Shown in pieces: positions 59,549-64,000 of a DNA stretch of 64,000 bases (positions within the stretch are counted from its first letter, which is position 1; the number at the start of each line of letters is the position of its first letter). The translations under genes were made by a program, and so were the position numbers. A model generated the notes under the pieces. That model was not told the DNA's origin. It saw only the letters and a list, made by a program, of their open reading frames with translations, and did not search any database. This stretch comes from an uncultured Chloroflexia bacterium (GTDB lineage Bacteria > Chloroflexota > Chloroflexia > QHBQ01 > JADMIH01), in the NCBI GenBank assembly GCA_963797095.1, contig CAWCNY010000004.1, positions 640,001 to 704,000 on the forward strand, in the 5' to 3' direction.

Positions 59549-60370
59549 CTACTGCCACCCGGTCAATATCTCCTCGCGCCTGAACAAGCGCACACTTACC
59601 ACGAGCAGCATAAGGTCGACTACCCCCGCGACCACAGCGATCCCGACCACGATTCCTATACCAACATGTACGGCCCCCGACACCTGGGCTATCAGCATCC
59701 CTATAACGGGCAGGATCACAAGCGATCCCAGCTGTTGCGCGCTGTTGGGGTCCTTCACCCTCGAAGAGATAAGCACGCCAAGCCCCACAGCCAGAAAAGT
59801 GAAGATCGGTGTGAGCAACACAATAGCCAGCAGCCAGGTCGGACTCATGATCAGGCCGGAAAATACCTCATTGGTGGTTACGAAGCGGGCCACCAGCGCG
59901 AACACTGCGAAGCCCCACCACGTGGAGAGTATGCCTGGAATGGCCGCCGAAAAACCTTTGGCCGCCAGTAGCTCCCATGTCTTGATAGGTGTCGCCAGCA
60001 GCGGCTCTAGCGTGCGTAATTGCTTCTCACCCACGATAGAGTAGCTGGCAATCGTGATAGGAACAACCAGAGGGATCACCTGGAACAGCACAAGGAATGG
60101 GCTGAGCAGAGTTACCCTGAGGTTATCTGCCCCGCTAAACAGGAAGCCATCCATGGATTGCATCTGTGTTAGCGTATCGGTCGCGCCTTTCAGCGAGGTG
60201 TTGTCTACTGTCAGGAAAGATGACAGGGCGAGCACCGCCACCGCCAATGCGACCAGCAGGAACGTGGGCACAAGCGTGGTAAAGACAACCACTCTATTGC
60301 GAATCAATTGCGCCCATTCGTTCTCAATCACAGCGATGATGCGCATGTTCAAAAGGCTACTGGCTTTCAC
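59549..60370 (-). CDS. ABC-2 type permease
   Basis: SIVGEKQLRTLEPLLATP...ELLAAK; 6 TM. Confidence 0.92.
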   Translation of the reverse strand: MKASSLLNMRIIAVIENEWAQLIRNRVVVFTTLVPTFLLVALAVAVLALSSFLTVDNTSLKGATDTLTQMQSMDGFLFSGADNLRVTLLSPFLVLFQVIPLVVPITIASYSIVGEKQLRTLEPLLATPIKTWELLAAKGFSAAIPGILSTWWGFAVFALVARFVTTNEVFSGLIMSPTWLLAIVLLTPIFTFLAVGLGVLISSRVKDPNSAQQLGSLVILPVIGMLIAQVSGAVHVGIGIVVGIAVVAGVVDLMLLVVSVRLFRREEILTGWQ

Positions 60371-61464
60371 GCGCTCTTTACTCCGTCCATACTATCTGCG
60401 CTCCCATTTCTACTTCGCTTCGTGTGCATGCGCGCGACCTCAATGGCTGCCTCCGCCTCAAGCAACTCCTGTCTTGCCACCAGGTCCAGGTAGGCGCGCT
60501 CCAGAGTATGCTCAACCTCGGCCACCCTGGTGATGTCAACTCCATGCTGCACCAGTGCCCTTACGATCTGCGGGGTATGCTCGTCGGGGTCAAGCATAGA
60601 GACCAGCAAATGAGTGCCAGCCACTCCAACATCGCCCACACCCTGCATCTTCGATACAAGCACCGCAAGATCGTTCATTGTATGCCCGAACCGTTCGTCA
60701 AGATGGGCGTGCGCGCCCATCTCAAGCATGGGATTGGCGATCCTTATCTCAATTTGCCTGCCATAGAGCGCCCGCTGCAGTTCGCGCGGCGTGCCGACCT
60801 TGATCAGCGTGCGCTTGACTATGCCCACACGCCCGCATAGACTCCCCGCTTCGTACAGATTGTGTGTGCACAGGATGATAGTGCGCCCTTCGTCCTGTAA
60901 CGAAACTATCGCATCGCGCACCAGTTTTGCGCCCTCCGGGTCCAACGCTGATGTAGGCTCATCGAGGATCACCACAGGCGGCTCGTGCAATAGCGACCGC
61001 GCCAAACTCAGCTTCTGCTTCATGCCGCGAGAGAAAGTGCCTGCCGCGTCGTTTCGCCTCTCCCACAGCCCGAACAGTTTGAGGTAGTGCTCGATCTGTT
61101 GCCGTGCCCGGTCCGCCTCCAGGTAGTAAAGTTTGGCGAAGAACTCGAGGTTGCGCTTGGCCGACAGGTTATCGTAGAGGCCCGCCGGCTCGGTCAGGAT
61201 GCCCACCCTGCGGCGCACCTCATCAGGACGCGCCACTACATCAAACCCACAAACGGTCGCGTGCCCCTCGGTGGGCGCGATCAGGCTCGATAGCATCCTC
61301 ATGATGGTGGTCTTGCCCGCGCCATTGGGACCAAGCAGACCGAACACCTCACCCGGCTCTATGCCCAGATTGAGGCCCTGCACTGCCCAGCGTTCACCAA
61401 ACTTGCGGCCAAGCCCATTTGCTGTGATTGCGTACACAGGTTGGCTCTTCCGAGGGATCGACAA
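60367..61464 (-). CDS. ABC exporter ATP-binding subunit
   Basis: [26 protein letters not shown]; start uncertain. Confidence 0.94.
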   Translation of the reverse strand: MSIPRKSQPVYAITANGLGRKFGERWAVQGLNLGIEPGEVFGLLGPNGAGKTTIMRMLSSLIAPTEGHATVCGFDVVARPDEVRRRVGILTEPAGLYDNLSAKRNLEFFAKLYYLEADRARQQIEHYLKLFGLWERRNDAAGTFSRGMKQKLSLARSLLHEPPVVILDEPTSALDPEGAKLVRDAIVSLQDEGRTIILCTHNLYEAGSLCGRVGIVKRTLIKVGTPRELQRALYGRQIEIRIANPMLEMGAHAHLDERFGHTMNDLAVLVSKMQGVGDVGVAGTHLLVSMLDPDEHTPQIVRALVQHGVDITRVAEVEHTLERAYLDLVARQELLEAEAAIEVARMHTKRSRNGSADSMDGVKSA

Positions 61465-61653
61465 CGGACGAAAGACTAAAGGCCTGGTATTTTGAATACA
61501 TCGCCCTTCGTCCTTCGCCTATCTCTTGCTTACTGAAACATCGCTTCCCACATCTTATCAGGTGCGCGGCGTATCAGTCAACGCCTCAAGAGGTATTTCA
61601 AGGGTACTTACCGGGCAGTATAAGTACCACTCTTGGATGGGTAAGCTCTCAGA

Positions 61654-63338
61654 TTAAGGGTGGGAGGGCTGGGAGAGGAGGGCCAAGCACTGGTCAAAGG
61701 GGTTGAGACCCTTAGCTCGCCAGGTGCCGAACAGGGTAGCCAACGTCATCCGGGTGGCTGATCCCTTGGGCGATTGACTACCACCTGATACCTTGCGCAT
61801 CACCACCACAGGACGGATTGACCGTTCCGCCAGGTTGTTGTCAGAGGATAAGGTGGGCACTATCACGAACTGGAATAACTCCTCCTGGTGGCGCAGCAGT
61901 CTCTTGCACAAGGTGTGGCATGGGTGCTTGCTCTTTGGGGGCCGTTACCGTTCTTGCCCCCGCCCCCGCCCCCGCCCCCGCCCCCGCCCCTGCCCTGTGG
62001 CCCTTGTTTGCCCCCGCCCTGTGGCCCGAACTCCTTGGCATCGGCATACTGCGCACCTAGCTTGGCAACCCCTTCCACCAACCGCCGGTACTCTCTTACA
62101 CGCTGCTCCCACTTGTGTGGCTCTTTTGTGGCTTCGTCTGCAGTGGGAGGGCCAAGTTCGTGTTCTTCCAACAGCTTATGGGCATCATCGTACAGTGCTC
62201 GCACTCCCCTGGCCCATTCATGCACTTCCTCGTTAGTGGGGTTAGTGGGGTTGGTAGGGTTGGTAGGGTTGGTAGGGTTGGTAGGGTTGGTAGGGTTGGT
62301 AGGGTTGGTAGGGTTGGTAGGGTTGGTAGGGTTGGTAGGGTTGGTAGGGTTGGTAGGGTTGGTAGGGTTGGTAGGGTTGATGGGGTGCTCCTCTTTCAGC
62401 TTATGCAAATCACGGAGCAGATGTGCCCAGCACCGCTGGTGCTCTCCTGGGAAGTCGTTGTAGCCACCGTAGAAGTCACTCGACATTACTTGACCCTTTT
62501 CCCCAAAGTTAGACCCCATTATTCGTTTGGCTACCGCTCCCCCTCGGCTCTGGTCGTACTCGTACAATCGCTCTCCATCGGGCGTGAAGAAGCCCCAGAT
62601 ATAGCCGTTTTGTCCCCCTTCTCGCCAGGTGGTTTCGTCACCATGTACCACATGGCTATGGCTCCTTCGAACCCTCTTCTTTATGGAGGCAGCAGCCTCC
62701 TTCAGAGGTTCGGCTTGCACCATTCGATGCAACAACTCCACAACCTCACCCGAAGAGATGGTCAACTTGTGTATGGTGTACAGGTACTCTTTTATGAGGA
62801 GGAGGGGCATCCTCAACGATGTGCGCAGATGAGCTATGAGGGAGGCGATACGCACCCCCATTCTGCCTTGCCCAATCACCTGACCTGTAAGGTCGACAGT
62901 GGGGTAGTGCCACCTCCCACAACGAGCACACCACCCCTTGAATAGCTGGTGCTCAGTGACTTGCACAGGAGGGGGTGGAGGGAGTTCTATCACCTGGCGT
63001 CTGGAGGCGAGTTGGTGCTGACGAAGGGTGTAGCCACAATCGGGACACTGCTGCAGGTGGTGCTCAATTGTTGAGGTGGGCGATTGTTCACGGCGGCGGG
63101 CACCATTGTGCTCTTTAGCTCTGGGGCGTCTGGGAGGCTTTGGGGTGTTGTTCTTCTTGGGAGTGGAGGGCTTGACGAATGATGGGGCACCTGGCGAGCC
63201 AGAGCCAGAGGCTAGCTGTGTCTGCATCTGCTCCAACCTGGCTTCCAACTCGGCGATGCGCTCCAGAGCAAGGCGCAATTGCTCTTTGAGTTGTGCATTC
63301 TCTGCCCGCAGATGGGCTAGTTCTTCTTCCAGGTTCAT
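61654..63338 (-). pseudogene. IS66 TnpC-type transposase with microsatellite inserts and a -1 frameshift at 61937-61941
   Basis: Leucine zipper, CPDCG, HGDETTW, SDFYGGY, QRCWAHLLR, then DNNLAERSIRP in the next frame. Confidence 0.88.
62232..62384. repeat. 9-bp tandem repeat (GTTGGTAGG) x17 encoding PIN(PTN)16
   Basis: 153 bp, in frame within the transposase. Confidence 0.97.
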
Positions 63339-63547
63339 ACTTCATAGAATACAGTGGAAATTGCTCCACCTCAAGTCTGACCGCATACCTTGGATGGTAC
63401 AATATGCATAGGCCGTTTCGCTATGCTATAATCAGTTCAATTCGTAGGTTCGCAGCTTTACCTTAATCGCAGTTTCGTCATGCCGGAGAAGGGTTCTTGT
63501 TTAGCTCAATAGCAAGGGCAGCCACACCAATCTACCATACCCGAGCC

Positions 63548-64000
63548 ATGCGCCGCCTCTTATTCAGGCGCACGCGGCTTATTGTCACTCTTATACTCCT
63601 ATTCACCGTAGCATTCACTGCCGGGCGCCCCACCCTCGCCCAATCTGAAGACGAGGGCGGCCATTACTATTCGGAAACGGGCTATACGCTAGCCCAACAA
63701 TTCCTCGATTTCTACGACCAGAATGGGGGCGTCCTCCAGTTCGGCTACCCGATCAGCGAGGCCCGGATGGAAGGCGGCTACCTGGTCCAATGGACCGAGC
63801 GCCAGCGCCTGGAATACCACCCCGAAAATGCGGGCACCCAGTTCGAGGTGCTCCTTGGCTTGCTTGGTCGGGAGCTAACTAAAGGATTAGAAGGGCCGCG
63901 CTTCCAGGCCTCCGCTCCTGACAGTTCCGCAATCGGCACTCAAGCACTTGAGATGGGCAGCCAACAGACCGATTTCTATACGTTTGATCAAACCGGCTAC
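63548..64000 (+). CDS. Secreted protein with Chloroflexota surface repeats, 3'-truncated
   Basis: Signal peptide MRRLLF...TLAQ; YYSETGY...FLDFYDQNGG..QFGYPISE...QWTERQRLEYHPE. Confidence 0.88.
   Translation, partial: MRRLLFRRTRLIVTLILLFTVAFTAGRPTLAQSEDEGGHYYSETGYTLAQQFLDFYDQNGGVLQFGYPISEARMEGGYLVQWTERQRLEYHPENAGTQFEVLLGLLGRELTKGLEGPRFQASAPDSSAIGTQALEMGSQQTDFYTFDQTGY

Larger units (their letters stand above)
61641..63388 (-). mobile_element. IS66-family element (single-ORF, ISBst12-like)
   Basis: Ends GTAAGCTCTCAGA / GTATGCGGTCAGA; 9-bp direct repeat CTTGGATGG at 61632-61640 and 63389-63397. Confidence 0.88.

Noticed and set aside
62232-62384. Telomere-like or CRISPR-like array
   Set aside because: Simple 9-bp VNTR inside an IS66 transposase frame

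Overview
GC-rich (visually ~58-60%) bacterial chromosomal segment. It is most likely Chloroflexota, inferred from SLH domains with Cys-containing 'CGG.GEPC' loops, 'ETG...FL..W...GG...FG.PIS' surface repeats and a conserved small SWIM-like protein. Core genes: tRNA-Asn, sufU, rpmI-rplT-trmH-thiN, a TPP-riboswitch thiamine/HMP ABC importer, a cinA-M16-GNAT-ade-dinB-mutL operon, pfp, hbd, acyl-CoA dehydrogenase, aspA, three two-component pairs, nfeD-flotillin, dnaX-ybaB and SAM-riboswitch metH. Mobile DNA: three IS (ISKra4, IS4 and IS66 families), one 94-bp MITE carrying a REP-like palindrome, and pervasive heptamer tandem repeats, some translated inside proteins. I found no CRISPR, prophage or defence island, and no clear novel multi-gene system. 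The best leads are non-coding: a 123-bp promoter/leader module present twice, each time without an intact downstream gene; a SAM-I-like leader with an altered ligand pocket; a ~235-nt structured leader of a SWIM-like gene; and microsatellite expansions inside transposases. Also notable are a stand-alone GluRS anticodon-binding domain and point lesions in cinA and the GNAT gene. All calls are by eye from motifs; no database searches were run.
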